Part shown: piece after piece, positions 12,421 to 25,868 of the stretch
Position numbering within the stretch: the stretch's first letter is position 1
Layout of the letters: each line of letters begins with the position of its first letter
NCBI GenBank assembly: GCA_002104905.1
Contig: MCFE01000097.1
Span: forward strand, 62,001-126,000
DNA: 64,000 nucleotides
Direction: 5' to 3'
DNA from: Basidiobolus meristosporus CBS 931.73
Taxonomy: Eukaryota; Fungi; Basidiobolomycota
Program-made: the position numbers and the translations under genes
The notes under the pieces: model-generated
What the model was told of the DNA's origin: nothing
Seen by the model: the letters and a program-made list of their open reading frames with translations, nothing else
The model's database searches: none

Positions 12421-13049
12421 ATGGATCACTCGTTAATGGGACACGACATGCCAGGCCATGAGGGACACGACATGTCAGGACATGGAGAATGCTCTATGCA
12501 GGTAAAGAAGCCCCTAGCCTTGTCTCGGTCTCGCGCTGGGCCACTAATCAAGTCGAACAACTATAGATGGTTTTCAACTGGGATTACGAAAACCTATGCG
12601 TGGTCTTCAGATGGTGGCGCATCACTAGCTTCTCCACACTCTTGATTTCCTTCGTTCTAGTATTTGCTTTGACCGCTTCATATGAGATGTTGCGTGATTA
12701 CACTAGAAATTGGGAACGTAAAGTACAGCTTTCTTTGCAAAACAGATCCCGTGATAGGGGTATCACTGAAGACGAGAGAGGCTTTGTTTTGTAAGTACCC
12801 ACGAGATTTTGATTCTCATACGTTGAACACTTTCTAAATGGTTCCACTGAGAGTAGCCTAACTCCACCCCAGAAGGTCAAACGAGCTGTTCTCTATGCAA
12901 CCCAGGTGTTTGTCTCATTCTTCCTTATGCTGGTATTCATGACGTACAACGGGTACCTCATCATCGCGACCGTCTTGGGCGCAGGTTTTGGGTTCTACTT
13001 GTTTGGTGGTGACCGGATGTCCGCTGTCAAGTCCATGGCGTGCCACTGA
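12421..13049 (+). CDS. CTR2: Ctr-family copper transporter (Ctr2/Ctr6-like), 3 exons
   Basis: Met/His-rich N-terminus MDHSLMGHDMPGHEGHDMSGH, then CSMQ|MVFNW, TM1 with YEMLR, MxxxM motif FFLMLVFMTYNGYL, and C-terminal MACH*. Confidence 0.9.
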
Positions 13050-13540
13050 AATTGTAGCAAATGAACTAGTGCAACGTAGTCCAATTAATCGGCAATAACC
13101 CTCGCCCCCTACCTCTAATAAAATCTCCCTTTGATTTTAAGGCGCAGATTTTAATTCAAAATTTGAGCAAAAAGGGCTTAAGCAGTGATGTAGATGCATA
13201 CAGATATACAACCAATTCCGATTTCTGAGAGAGTAGCAGGATTTCTCAGGTTCGAAGAAACCGGTCAGGATATGAACATGAAAGGAGGATTACTCTACGC
13301 CTTTCGAACTGTATTTGGTTTTTTGTATAGCATAGGGCTGGGACTACGATGGGGAAAATGAAGGGGGATACACGTTACAAAAGCAAATACCAAATCATAC
13401 AAAAGTGATTCCGACGGACAGAGCAAGCCAAAACCTAGGTCTAAAGAGTGGCATCCCAAAACGTAGGTGATATGATTACTATTAATTGTGTGTCCTGTGG
13501 ATGTCTTATAACGCTGCTTGCAAGTACTGCACTCTAGGGC

Positions 13541-15309
13541 CTAGACACAAGATTCAGAATCTGAGCAGGAAATGAATTTTCTAGAGCTCGCTTGATACAA
13601 AATGTTATTGATAGGGAGGATCAGGTTTGCGGCATATGGTCTGTTTACATTTCTGGAAACCGTGTTGGTGTTGATTCTGGTGGAGGAGTCATGGTATGAA
13701 TTGGATGCTGTCATTGAGGATTTAAATAATACCGCACTTACCCATTGGTTCTGGATGCTTTTTAGAGAACTTGATGACTTCCTCCACTTCATTAAGGCGC
13801 CATAGGCAATTAATAAGCAGTTGGTGGATCTATATGCTTAGAGTAGCACTGCTTACCCAGAGAGTGCGAGGCATCCTCAAGATCCGTTTCGTCATCTTCA
13901 ATAACTGCTGAAGAGCACTGACGTTTTGTCTGTGCGACATCCCCAACTGGTGCTTCTTTCCGCTTCGGAGTAGCAGACTGAATAAGCTTATCAAATTCAC
14001 TAGAATATTTCTCGGGTGAAAATTGTTAAGGGAATATTGAAAGTGTAATAAGAGAGTTATTCAATCATAAATGTGACGAAAGGATATCATGCGCTAGAAG
14101 CTCATCTTGGGAAACGTTCTTGAAACTTTTACTCTGGGGGGACCGCGAGCCATGAATTTTCTCCCAGTTTCTTAGCTCTTTGAGTAAGGTGGCAGTACTT
14201 TTGAGATTTGTCGAGTCGCAGTTGGCGTTATACAGGTTTAAATACTCTGTGTGCCTTCGCTGCATAGCTGCTTTATCTCCATGAGAGGGGATGCCAAGCT
14301 CCTGATAGATTCCCATTAATGTCTGTGGAAATATACCCCATTTTGAGTGCTTACCTTTAGAACTTTTCTTAACTGTTTATCAGTCATAATATTGTAGCAG
14401 AGTTTAGGCAGTTTCTGTAACTCTCTAGTAAATACATTGAGCGTTGGGTTGAAATGAAATCACAGGGTCGCAGAAAGTTTACCGCTTAGACGGCGGTAGG
14501 CTGGTTCTTGGGCGTAGGCGGCGAGAGACTGCTTCGTCTTGGGTTGCTGAAGTTGACCGAGTGGAAACTGTGGTTGTTTCAAGACAAAAGTTGAACAAGT
14601 AGCTCAATGACCAGATTCCAAAGGTGAATCACCTTTTCTCTTGGGGCTCGTTGGTTTACTATCTATAAATACACATTCATCTAAATGCAGGTTTAGCTTC
14701 GACATTTTGAATTTTCCGTTGCACACTGGACACGACACTAGTTCAGCAATGAGTTAAACCATGGTTTGGAAGAAGTGAGAACGTCACACGATCTACCAAT
14801 AGGATCCTTCGAATCAATAGGTTCTGAAAAAGCCGAAGAGTCAGAAGATTCACTAGGATTTTCATTTCTCTGTGTTTGCTGCGATCTCGTGGCGTGAGTC
14901 TCTTCTGAGATAGTCTCACTAGTGAAGGTAGACTCTGTAGCTTCGTCTTTGCTTTTAATGATGCTCAACACTTTTGCACTTCAAGGGTATTTGGTAAAGT
15001 TAGGCCCTAGAGTAAGTACCGGTAGCAAAGTCAATCGGCTTACCGGCAGCTTGTAAACGCTTGAACAATGCCATCAAGAGTCAGGTTATTCTTCAGTTGA
15101 TTTTCTTGAGCACTTTCTCGACAAACCGGGCAAATATGCTCCAGTTGTAAACTTCTTCTAATGCAAAGGGAGCAGAAATTATGGGAACAGTTGGGGAAAA
15201 ACATGGCCGTTTGTAAGAATTCTTTACAAATGGGACATCTCAAACGAAAATCTATCTCTTCTAATTCGGGAATAGGCCACTCTGAGGGGTCTTCAAGTGT
15301 GAAATCCAT
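13541..15309 (-). CDS. RAD18: E3 ubiquitin ligase RAD18 (RING, UBZ zinc finger, SAP region), multi-exon
   Basis: RING LRCPICKEFLQTAMFFPNCSHNFCSLCIRRSL...CPVCR. UBZ VSCPVCNGKFKMSKLNLHLDEC at about 14650-14720. SAP-adjacent GIPSHGDKAAMQRRHTEYLNLYNANCDS. The 3' end is inferred from spliced exons. Confidence 0.92.
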
Positions 15310-15400
15310 GTTTAATGGGTACTTGACTTTTGACCGAGAAGGAAATACGTGTACTCAAGCGTTTGCTTAACAAAAAGTTCCAAAATAACCAAACGAAAGT

Positions 15401-15408
15401 CGCGAAAA
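15401..15408. promoter_or_regulatory. SCB/E2F-like element CGCGAAAA upstream of RAD18
   Basis: Exact CGCGAAA about 90 bp upstream of the RAD18 ATG. This matches the fungal SBF/MBF-type consensus, but it is a single short motif. Confidence 0.3.
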
Positions 15409-15826
15409 CAAAAAAATAGTAAACAATGTTTATAATGGTAGTACACCACAAATTCCCCCTATTTATTCGGTACCCCCCAGTTCCGGAGAGATAAACCAGC
15501 TACATTGACTAATGCTACTCACATTGCTAACTTCCTGCTTTGTTGGATATCGATTATTCCGCCATTATCAGTATCCAGTCACCATCTCATCTTGATTTAG
15601 ACTATTGGGGGCATTTTTAGACGTTGATTATATAAGATCACGTGAATGATGGAGTATATACCGCTTTTGAGGTGTAATACTAGCATCATTCATCAAGCCA
15701 ACAAACTTCACTATTACGGTCGAAGAGGAAGTGAGGTAAGTATACGAAAACACATACTCCTACAATCTAATTTCAAAGGTCTAACACGTTATACTCACAT
15801 GCGCACTTTGTACAGTTTATTTCTAC

Positions 15827-16992
15827 ATGCGTGCCCTCCAGTCCATGTGTAAATCCGCAATATCTCATAAATCGCTTTTTCTCAGAATGTCGACCGGTTT
15901 AGCTACTCAGAAGCGTATCTTAAGCTATGCTCCTTGCAGCACCAAAGTCGAGGCATTGCTAGAACGAAAGCGAATCAGAGGCTTAGTATTTGACGTAAGT
16001 GGGCGCCAAGTAGAATTCAGCTTCGGTATCTCCATTAGATTCTAGCCGTGTGGAAACTAATAACTTATCTCGAAAATCTCCAAAGATGGATGGAACCTTA
16101 GTTTATCCTATCACGGTATGTTGGATTTCGCTACTATACTCGCTCAGTATTAAGATTGACGTGCTATCCTATATTCAAGCCTTTCTTAAGGGAAATGCGG
16201 GTTCAGCTCAAAGTTCCTGAAGGAATGGATATTCTGACTCATCTGCATTCCCTTGAAGGACCAGCTCGAGAGAGAGGAGAGCAGATCATCAAGGACCTCG
16301 AGGCTCAAGCACTTCTAGAAATGAAAGTTCAACCCGGTAAGTGAAGGATACCACCACATATCAAATTTTATTAGTATGTACCTACTGATTCAACCGATGA
16401 CCCTTAGGATTGGAGAAACTTATCCAAGTAAATAATTTGGCATTTATTCGTTACTCATCCACAGCACAAAACAACCTCTTACTCCTTCATTTATTGAGTT
16501 CTTGGAAGACCACTCCCTCCCAAAGGTTGGTATTCCCTTATCCATGTTGTTCACTGCCACTTGGCATAACCTGTAATATATCTTTCAGGCCATCCTCACT
16601 AGAAACAATCCTACCACAGTTGATCATTTTCTGGCGCAAACGAACTTGAACTTTGAAACAGTTGTTACCAGAGAATTCCGACCACCCAAGCCTAGTCCAG
16701 CCCCCCTTTTACACATCGTAAATCAATGGGTAATCGGATCTCACCTAATTGCAATGGATTGTATAAAACATAGACTAATATGATCACACGTGAATAGGAA
16801 GTTGAGCCTGAGGAGGTATTTATGATAGGCGACCATTCGGATGACTTGGAATGTGGAGCTAAAGCCGGGGCATTAACCATCTTACTGCGCAACGACATCA
16901 ATGGACATTTCGCCGAGATGGCCGACTTTGTTGTGGACCAACTGGATGAGATCATTCCCATCATTCAGAACGGGTTCCATGTTGAAAAATAA
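15827..16992 (+). CDS. HAD-superfamily hydrolase (YOR131C-like), basic N-terminal presequence, multi-exon
   Basis: Spliced motif I GLVFD|MDGTL. Cap region MRVQLKVPEGMDILTHL...IIKDLEAQALLEMKVQPG. Motif IV MIGDHSDDLECGAKAG. Confidence 0.88.
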
Positions 16993-17537
16993 GCAACCGA
17001 CATTTACACTAGCTCGAGTATATCGTGGCCCTTACATAACAATAAATATTATCTTATACCCAGCAACCGCCCAGGATACCCACCTCGATTCACTCTTGTC
17101 AAATTAGGCATCAGACTGTTCCTTGATTGCATTGACGAGTCACACTTGGTGGCTTATCGTGCGAATAAAGTCCGATTCTGATTAGTCTTCAGACGAATGA
17201 GGTTGGGTGCATTCGAATCCAATGAGTGATCAAGTATCTCACCAACAACAGAAATGTACCTTCCACACTAGATCTGTAAATGCAGAAAGCATACATCCTA
17301 TATACATATATATATATTCCGCCAACAGAAGAGCTACCGGCAACTTATTTTGGGCGGTGAGCGGGATATGTTTATATATCTCGTGTATACGATCGCAAAA
17401 CAATGGTATCTATGCTTTGGCTACTGATTCGTGAGGAGAATCGGCATTTAAGGGATGGCCATTACAAGAGTAATCGAGCAAGGCTTAAACGTAGCAAATG
17501 GATATTTTGAAACATATGAAGGGAATGTTTAGGTTCA

Positions 17538-19719
17538 TCAGTCCGAGAACTCAAGCCTGATTTTGCCGCTCTTACAGTGGATATCGCCATTATCACACAA
17601 TTTCGAAGGGCTGGAGCTAAAGGACGGCGGCTGCTCGTAACGACGCTTCGACGGGCTCTTGAAATTGTTCGGATATGTATGGGCATAATTTGGCTCCAGG
17701 TTAATGTCAGGAGACTCTGGAATCTGGCTGGTAAAGTTCTTTAAGAGTTTTCGGAATGCTACTTGGATTTGCTGGACCTATTGAGTATTGGTAGGTTAGC
17801 GGCGAGATAGCAGCGAACGTAAAGCACCAGGATAATACAGCACCTTAGTTACGTCCCTTGCAAAGATTCGAATAACAATTTCCTCAAAGTGTTCTGGTAC
17901 TAGGTAGCTAACCTTAGTCTTCGGGATAGAAAATGCCTCTAAAGAACCATGCATGGTTAGGACCCTGCCCCTTGTATAGCTATCTGAACTACATGTTACC
18001 GTTGCCATTGAATCGAGAAAAGAATTTTATAGAATCCACGGGGTTTTGGTTCTTCTTCCCGTAGTTGATGGATAACCATTCGACTATTACATCGTTAATC
18101 GATATATTGTCACCAGCCTTCTGCTGAGCCACGATTTCCTCTTCGTTAACCATAGACTGTGAACTTGGGTTAGATCATGCATAGCTGACGCAGGGGTTCT
18201 TTATATACCTTGGTTAAATACTGTTTGAGTTCGCTTGGAATGATGAATTCATCCACAAACTTGTAGAGTTGTCGTTGTCTAATCCGCTTGATGATCTTTC
18301 TAGCAGGAAGCAGTTCCTATAGTCGTTCGAATACAGTAAGTCCTGGATAATGGATGAACTTGTTCAAGTCGACGAGACTTACGTCCGTTTTAGACCTTTC
18401 GATGTGTTTCAAGATGTCATCTGTGAGATACAAATAGTCTTGTGGACTGTCGATAGCCTTGGAAATCTCAAGATAAGGATCGGCAGCCAGCATTGCATCC
18501 GTCAGCATGTACTCAATGGATTTTCCTATGATTAAGGATAGGTTAGTGCGAGCATCGTGAATTTAGTCAAACTGCTCGTGACCCTTACCCACGCGGTGAG
18601 TGTAGATTCTTTTGAAGAGACTGTATCTAGTGTGGAACATTTCGTACAGATTGTATACCTCCTTTTGGTGGAAGCATATTTGATTGTCGATCACCCGGCT
18701 GAATGTCATCAACCTGAAACCCAAGGATAGGTTGTGAATCTGATGCTCCTACACGTTGCTTCATATTATGCAAATGCTAGAGTACCTGGATGAATCATAA
18801 CTGCTCTTGATTCCAAGATTATAGCAATCCCGTTCGATGTAATCAAATTTATCGACATCAACCGAATTTCGCTTGTTTGCGACAATGTCGAAGAGAAAGC
18901 GCTTCTCGTGCTGCTGACTAAAGAACAGAGTCGATCAGTAATATGGTCTTGTTGTGTATAGCATCCTTCGACTCTAACCTCACTGATCTGGACTCGCCCG
19001 TGATCAGATCTTTGATGAAATCAATCTCCTGCTTATCGATGTCAATGTAATTTTCTTCTATTAAATTTTCAAGCATCATCTCCGAGGCTTGCTCATGTGA
19101 CCAAATGACGTCCGGTCTTTACCATGAACATAAGCAGTTACTTTCGGAAAAAAGGGCCTGAAGTTCAATGTATAAGCTTACCGAGCTCGAGGAATAAATT
19201 CATTGTCGAATATATGGCTAAAAGGTCCGTGCCCTAGGTAGTTTTCCTGTTACTAACTGCGACAAGGGTGAGGCGAGATTAGGATTCTTCGGCTTTACCT
19301 AAATCATGACATAAGCCGGCCAATTTCACGCATTTAATATCTTGCTCGTCAATCTCCAACTCGGGCTGACTAACTTTCAACCTCTCGATTAAGTTTCCCG
19401 CTAGGTGGGAAACGCCTAAAAAAGGAGTCCACGGTATCAGTGCTGATGCTTGATCGAAGGCCCGAGAATAAAGTGAATACCAATGGAATGCTCAAAGCGG
19501 TTATGGCTAGCGCCCGGGAATACAAAGTACGCAGAGCCGAGCTGTTTTAGATCTCGCAAACGTTGAAATTGCTCTGTATCGATAACGTCCAGGCAATGTT
19601 CATCGATATTGATGTAACCCTTTTGTGAAAGAGAGTGAGTTCAGTTAAAAGAAATGGACAGGCGGCTTCGAACTTACATGAATAGGATCGTTGACGTATT
19701 TGGTTAACCTTGTGTCCAT
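17538..19719 (-). CDS. SAMHD1: SAMHD1-like HD-domain dNTP triphosphohydrolase with no SAM domain, multi-exon
   Basis: Spliced [14 protein letters not shown]|GYINID...[33 protein letters not shown]|VSHLAG...KLAGLCHDL|GHGPFSH. Also [32 protein letters not shown] and YLYLTDDIL. Confidence 0.93.
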
Positions 19720-21627
19720 ACTCAAGAATCAAGCGTTTTTTCCACCTTTCGTCAAATATGTGCGTGAAAACAAGAGTAGACCTGGATATTAAAAAGAGTG
19801 GTCGAGAAACTATGAGGCAAGACCAGGCTAGGAATGATGACAAATTAATGAGACTGGACTGCTTTGGTATACATGTAACTTACATGGGGCTGGAATTAGA
19901 CAGGTCAAGGCTGATCATGAATAACGATATATCGGAATCATGGTTTATCTTCACAATCACACCAAATCACCCTATGAAGTGATGGTCATAGGTAGGGAAG
20001 AATTAATAACTCGGCGTCCAATCATCAACGGACTCCAACTCAAAGATTTGATGGTTGTTGCCTGGATTATTGTTTGGAAATCCGACCTACGGGAAGTCTG
20101 ACTAAGGAGACGCAGGCGCGATCTATTATTGGATGATACTATATCAATAGAAAAGTCTTGCAGCTTTCGATAGTATCCACTTACACTAAGGTTTCCAGGT
20201 GGTAGATCGAACCAGCTTCATTGGCAAGTATCCCTCCGATTTCGGAGGATACGATGATTTATCATCCCAACTATTGGGTGTCGTGATGTAATACACTCAA
20301 TCAGGAAACCCTCTCCAGCACTCCAAATACCATCAAGTCACCGTTCAGTTGACTTCCAGATTGGTTCCATTGATGCTTAGTAAGAACCATCAAGTACTTG
20401 AGTAACGTCATGGTGAAAAAACACACGAAGGTTGTGATCGAAACAAAGCGCTTCGTAGCCTATCTTCTTACCAAGGCCATTAGCTACCAGTATTCCACGA
20501 CGCTTATGGAAAGAGCTAGCATTGAGCTCTATGGATCCGTAGCTTGGCTTCATCAGGCACTTGTGTGTGGACCAGTCCATCGCAATGCAACGGCGGACTT
20601 GTGTTTACACGCAATCCGAAGGCATCAGAAAGCAGTATTCTCTGTGCTTTGATCGAAAATTTTCACTACCCAGGACTGGACATTAGTCTATTGCAGATCG
20701 GGATGTAAAAGATAATATGCCTAAAACTATGGCATGTGGCTCATGGCAAATCCCAAATGCAGCCTATACGAAGATTATCATCTCCCACTGGCTGCTTCAC
20801 ATACAACACAAGAGCAAGTTTATAAATGAGGTTCTGGTTCACATTTTGGCAGTTCTTCATTATTTCCCTATACAGAATACCTGATATCATTGCCAAATCA
20901 AGTAGCGAACCTACCATTGATTCCTCCATGATGTATGCTTCCTATATTAGAGTGCTGATTGGTTTGCCCGTTCATGCAGACTTCACTAAATGGTTAAAGG
21001 GCTTTGGCATCACACAGGGTTTGGTTTATTGATGTATGGCAACGTTTGATGGTAGGCCCCGAAGATTACGCGTATTCCTCGAATCGCCTGACTTTACGTA
21101 TTCAAGTCCATCGGATGGAGATGATCTTTATGGACAATACAGCCAAGTCTTGATTGGAAGGCCCCATACGTTCGGGCATGCTAAATCGCTTTGAGACGCC
21201 CATCACTGTTACATGAACGAAGTTCACATGAAATAAGGAGTGCTGTTTCCTGGACCATGGATCCAAAACATTGGATTTCCCACCTTATTTACGTCCAGAC
21301 TAGTGGCTCGTTTATTCAGACTTTGATCGATTGATATTGATATTCATCTGGTTTTAAGAATGGATTTCTTTATCCGAGAGCCGTTGTATGACAATCGCAA
21401 TCATACAGCTATAAAGGCAAAATCCCACATTGAACCGGGAAAATCCCAGTTTTGTTGGCATCAAAATCTGGAATTGCCGCTTATTCATAGGAGCACCACA
21501 GCTGTAAGACCAAGTTCCAAACGGAACATTCATCTGAACACACGACATCCTGCCACCTTGGGAAGCTATAAAGGACGCGAGCCTCCCAGGAGGCGAGTTA
21601 TTGGATTTGTGTACTTCTGCATACCAC

Positions 21628-22557
21628 ATGGAGCGTCAAATGAACGACCCTTCGGGAAAAAAAGAATTGTCACTCCCCTTACTAGTCGGTCTTCCAGTTT
21701 CCTCCGCTTCACCCACGAACATCATAGGCTCGTCGCTACAATTTCAGTATAGCAACGGATTCCAGGAAATCGAAAGTTCTCTGGCACAAAAATCGTGCAC
21801 TTATTGCATTGTGCCTGAGGGTTTCTGTTCGATATTAGTCCCACAATCCCATGGAAAAGACCTGTATCAGCGCCTTCTTAGCAGACCTAATGACCACCTT
21901 GCTGTGCCTGAGCCGCCTTTGTCTACCAGGAGTGCCAAGAACTCAACTCCAAAAGAGAGGCGACCACCCCGACCGCTGAACCCGTTTCTATTGTTCCGTA
22001 GGGAGAAGCAGGCGGAGATATTTAATAAGTATCAAGGGATCTCCAACTCTCAAGTTTCCCAAATACTAGGTCAGATGTGGAAAAGTTCTTCAGACGAAGA
22101 GAAGCTGGTATATCAGCGGATGGCCGAGGAATACCGAAAACGGCACAGGGAGAAATACCCAAATTACAAATATAACGCGGGCACCTCCAAGAATAAACCA
22201 AAGAAGACCGAGGTTTTGGAGCAGCTTCAGTACGATACCTCTACTAAAGACGAGTACAGTCCGTTTAGATTTTCACCATTTCAATTCAGTGAGGACTTGG
22301 TGCCTACACAAAACGTGTCAGACATAAAGGCATGGTGTCAGTCCGAGTCCCAGTTAGACCTTCCGTTGAATGAATATTACGAATCAGCCTATCTCATGCC
22401 AAATGTACACCCTACAATTTCATCTGAACATCAGCTGTTGGCTTGTATAGACTCATTTTCATCCAGCATAAACTCCTCTACCTCCCTCAGTGAGGCTGAA
22501 AGCCCCTGCTGTCCAAACTTGGCCAATCCCATGAGCCAACTTGACCCCAATATATAA
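21628..22557 (+). CDS. HMG-box transcription factor (SOX/MATA_HMG-type), intronless
   Basis: RRPPRPLNPFLLFRREKQAEI...SNSQVSQILGQMWKSSSDEEKLVYQRMAEEYRKRHREKYPNYKY. TATA-like ctataaagg at about 21567. Confidence 0.92.
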   Translation: MERQMNDPSGKKELSLPLLVGLPVSSASPTNIIGSSLQFQYSNGFQEIESSLAQKSCTYCIVPEGFCSILVPQSHGKDLYQRLLSRPNDHLAVPEPPLSTRSAKNSTPKERRPPRPLNPFLLFRREKQAEIFNKYQGISNSQVSQILGQMWKSSSDEEKLVYQRMAEEYRKRHREKYPNYKYNAGTSKNKPKKTEVLEQLQYDTSTKDEYSPFRFSPFQFSEDLVPTQNVSDIKAWCQSESQLDLPLNEYYESAYLMPNVHPTISSEHQLLACIDSFSSSINSSTSLSEAESPCCPNLANPMSQLDPNI

Positions 22558-25028
22558 ATTGTTGAATAATTCTTATTATCAGTAAAAGGGTTGTAAATTT
22601 CCAACTGAACACAACTCAGGGCTATGCGGGCCTTTGTGCAAGGACGTGTGGTGTATGAGGTAGTTGATATGGAGTTGGAAAGATTAAAGTAAAATAAAGA
22701 AAAGCTTTGTATATATGTTATCTGAGGCCCTTGGCAAATCTGCTTCCTGATGATCATGGACTTAGGTATTTTCCCCACCTACTACCCATTGCTAGTTAAA
22801 AATGCATTCTATTCAGTCACTGTTTCTATAGTGACCACATTGCTAGAATAACCTCTGATTCGTTTCTGTCAATGCCAAGTGATATTGGATATGTATATGC
22901 GGCCCTTAGTTGCTTCGATATGGTTGATTAAATGAAATGGGATACCTGCCTTACTGTATCTTGAACAAGTTTTTGTTTGGTAAAGGCCTCCTAATCCCCA
23001 ACCAATCTATAGATGTCTAGCTTTGCTCCACATTATCAACGAGTAAACTGGCCAGAATATCGGGCTCCAGCTACGAAGGAGTCAGGTAATATAAGTGATA
23101 AGAGTGGGGATATTTGGCTCCCTTGACTATAAATTCTCACAAAGTATCATACCCTGATATGGGCATCTTGGCTACCGTGGCTGGTGCTGCATTGTCAGTA
23201 TTTGAAGAGTAATATGACAACATTGAGCGAAAGAACTCAGGTATATTGGGAAACGTTATCCTAAAATTTAAACACCACGAGCGTAGTCGAAATCCAAAAT
23301 TTCATATATTTTCCTCAAGAAATATCCAGAGCAGTAGCTAGCCTACTAACCAATGTGCACATCTCTTCGGCCCAATAATGAAGCAAGTGATCATTTAATC
23401 CAATTATTAACAAAAGTTACAGCCTGCTATCTCCTCTAACCGTATCTCATACCATTTGGGAGCCATCTCTGATAATTTTCCATCACAAGCTGCTCTTTCG
23501 ACGGATATTGTTTGGGGTAGATTTTCGCTCCAACCTTCCCACAAAAATGCAGTCAGGCCATACGCCATCTTCATTGAAAGTTCAAAGCTGGTAAATATAT
23601 GGGGCTGGACCATTTTTGTAGCATAATCCGATTGTCATTCACGGGATTAGGGATCTTCAAGTATGGTTGGGGGCTAGGGGTAAGTGAGGTTGAAGCCAAA
23701 AATTGGGAGTTCAATTCCAAGCCAGCTGAAGTTCAAATTAGCCAATGGTGATGGGCTATATCAGCTATGCCATTCTGGTTGTGCGACAAGACTGGCTTCC
23801 CCTCACGGCAAATAAGGATTAAACCCTAAAAGCAATTCATGTTGCAAGGAGGGCATACGAGTTCCATCATTGCACAGAATGACTGTGAATGTGTGAACCA
23901 TTACCAACCAATCTGGCTAGAATTCATGGATGCATCAGCCTATTACGTTTGACAGTTCTTCTGAACAAGCCATGTAGCCCATAATTGCGGGTATGATCTC
24001 TGAGATGGCCAGTCCATCATATGATAGATCGCTAGATATGCTAAATACATTGTGTAGACTTCCATTGAGGCGAGTGGTTGCGAACTGGCACGTGTTTCAT
24101 GCTTATTTCCCTGCTGAAAACACTGGGATAATGGCACTGCCGACCTATGCACTGTTATCGTTTGCTCTAAGACCATAGTGCTTGCTTGGGAGTGGCATTG
24201 TGTGTGGAGCCAAATGTTGAAGAGACTAGCCCGCTGCACTTTATTGGATGCCTGAGTGAGCCTTAGTTTGTTCGCATCGGAGCAGAAGCTCTAGAACAGG
24301 AGGGTGCAATATCTTGACCGGATCCTTGTTCGCCCCACTCCATTCAGCCATATTGGGAAGAACCATGGCATTGATCGCGTTCGGTGTGTGGAGACCAAAC
24401 AGCAGTGAGGTGGGCCGTGTCATCTACATCGTGGATGGGACTCTGTGCGTATCCCATGGCCACTGCTTGGTATTTGGGGAGATTTGTTGGGGAATCGTGA
24501 TGTAAAGCAATAGAGGCCAGAGTGAGCGGCAAATACTTCACCAATCAATTGCCCAAAGCTGTTGTCAGGTTTGGGGACTGGGAAGGGTAAAAGCCCAAGG
24601 TCAGCTCTGGAGTGTTCCCCATTTTTTGCCCAAGAATCCATCGAAACAATTATGGTGGCAAGTCCCCTTTCCCCAAGTAATCTGCAGTCGTTGCTTTTCT
24701 CTCATTGGATCAGAGTGCAAATTAATCACTGGTAATTACCACATTGTATGGCTGATATATGAAGCTTATCTATCAACTGCATCAAATAGCAATTTTCTTG
24801 AGGCTACATGCACTCAGATTTGTGCCTCAAATTGATGGCAACCGAAAATGGCTACATCCAGAATATAAGATAGCATTATATTCCCGAGGAACCTGGATTC
24901 CCTAGAAATACCTATATAAGTTTGCGGTTGGGCACCCCGACCCAGTGTTTGTTCATTCTAATTACCCTCAGCACTCTCCTTCCACATCTTGCTTTCCTCC
25001 AGACCAAGCAGCAACATCGCACATTTGA

Positions 25029-25868
25029 ATGATCCAGTTTGACTTTGATAGCTTCCCAGTGAGGTGGACCATACATTCAGTATCTCGCATGCTGATATCC
25101 ATGATCGAAATAAACGACACTTATGGTCCTCAAACAACCACCTGCTTTCACTCCCAGACAGTCCCCAAAATAGATGTATTGAGTTATCTTCTTCGTTTAC
25201 TCAAATATACGCCATTTACCAATGACACTTTACTCAGCAGTTTAATCTACATTGACCGAGTTATCCAAACGACCAAGTTCACCGCTACCCCGTTCGTTAT
25301 AAATTCGCGCACTCTTCACCAACTACTGCTCACAAGTATAGTGGTCGCCTCCAAGTTCACGTCCGATATCTACTTCACCAATTCACGCTACGCTCAAGTA
25401 GCCGGGATGTCTGGCAAAGAATTGAATGGCTTAGAGATGGAATTCCTATTCCTTCTCCAATTTGATTTGATGATTCATCCGCTCGATCTCAACCAATTTG
25501 CTAGCCACTTACTAAACTATTCTGTCACGCCATTTTCAGGACTGCGGATCATGACCCCACCACCTGAGCCTGCTCTGGAGGATTGTGTGGTCAGTAGCGA
25601 TGTAGTTTCTGTTGGTAGCGCAGATCCGGGTTACAGTCCCTTGGAAATGAGGACAGTTTCAGAAGCGGAGCGGTCTGAGCAGCATATTCGACCGGAATTA
25701 ATGGAGCAGATGCAAGTGCTTGATCCTAGTTTGCTTGAAGTTATCTTCAACCCGCAGAACCAAGTTCCCTGCGAAAAGCAGCGGGAGTTCCTGGTGCTCT
25801 TAAGTAGATGCAGCAGAAAGATCCTCTTGGAGAAGGGGAAGAGCTCGATTCCAGGCTTGGTTCATTAA
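25029..25868 (+). CDS. Pho80/Pcl-family cyclin (Pho85 partner type)
   Basis: VPKIDVLSYLLRLLKY...LIYIDRV...INSRTLHQLLLTSIVVASKFTSDIYFTNSRYAQVAGMSGKELNGLEMEFLFLLQFDL. TATA-like ctatataag near 24913. Confidence 0.92.
   Translation: MIQFDFDSFPVRWTIHSVSRMLISMIEINDTYGPQTTTCFHSQTVPKIDVLSYLLRLLKYTPFTNDTLLSSLIYIDRVIQTTKFTATPFVINSRTLHQLLLTSIVVASKFTSDIYFTNSRYAQVAGMSGKELNGLEMEFLFLLQFDLMIHPLDLNQFASHLLNYSVTPFSGLRIMTPPPEPALEDCVVSSDVVSVGSADPGYSPLEMRTVSEAERSEQHIRPELMEQMQVLDPSLLEVIFNPQNQVPCEKQREFLVLLSRCSRKILLEKGKSSIPGLVH

Noticed and set aside
21628-22557. Calling the HMG gene sexM/sexP
   Set aside because: The flanking TPT and RNA-helicase genes are absent and the HMG box alone is not diagnostic. Kept only as a low-interest candidate.
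23400-24650. Cluster of 60-98 aa ORFs that might be a decayed secreted-enzyme gene
   Set aside because: No consistent frame, splice model or recognisable motif; stops occur in every frame.
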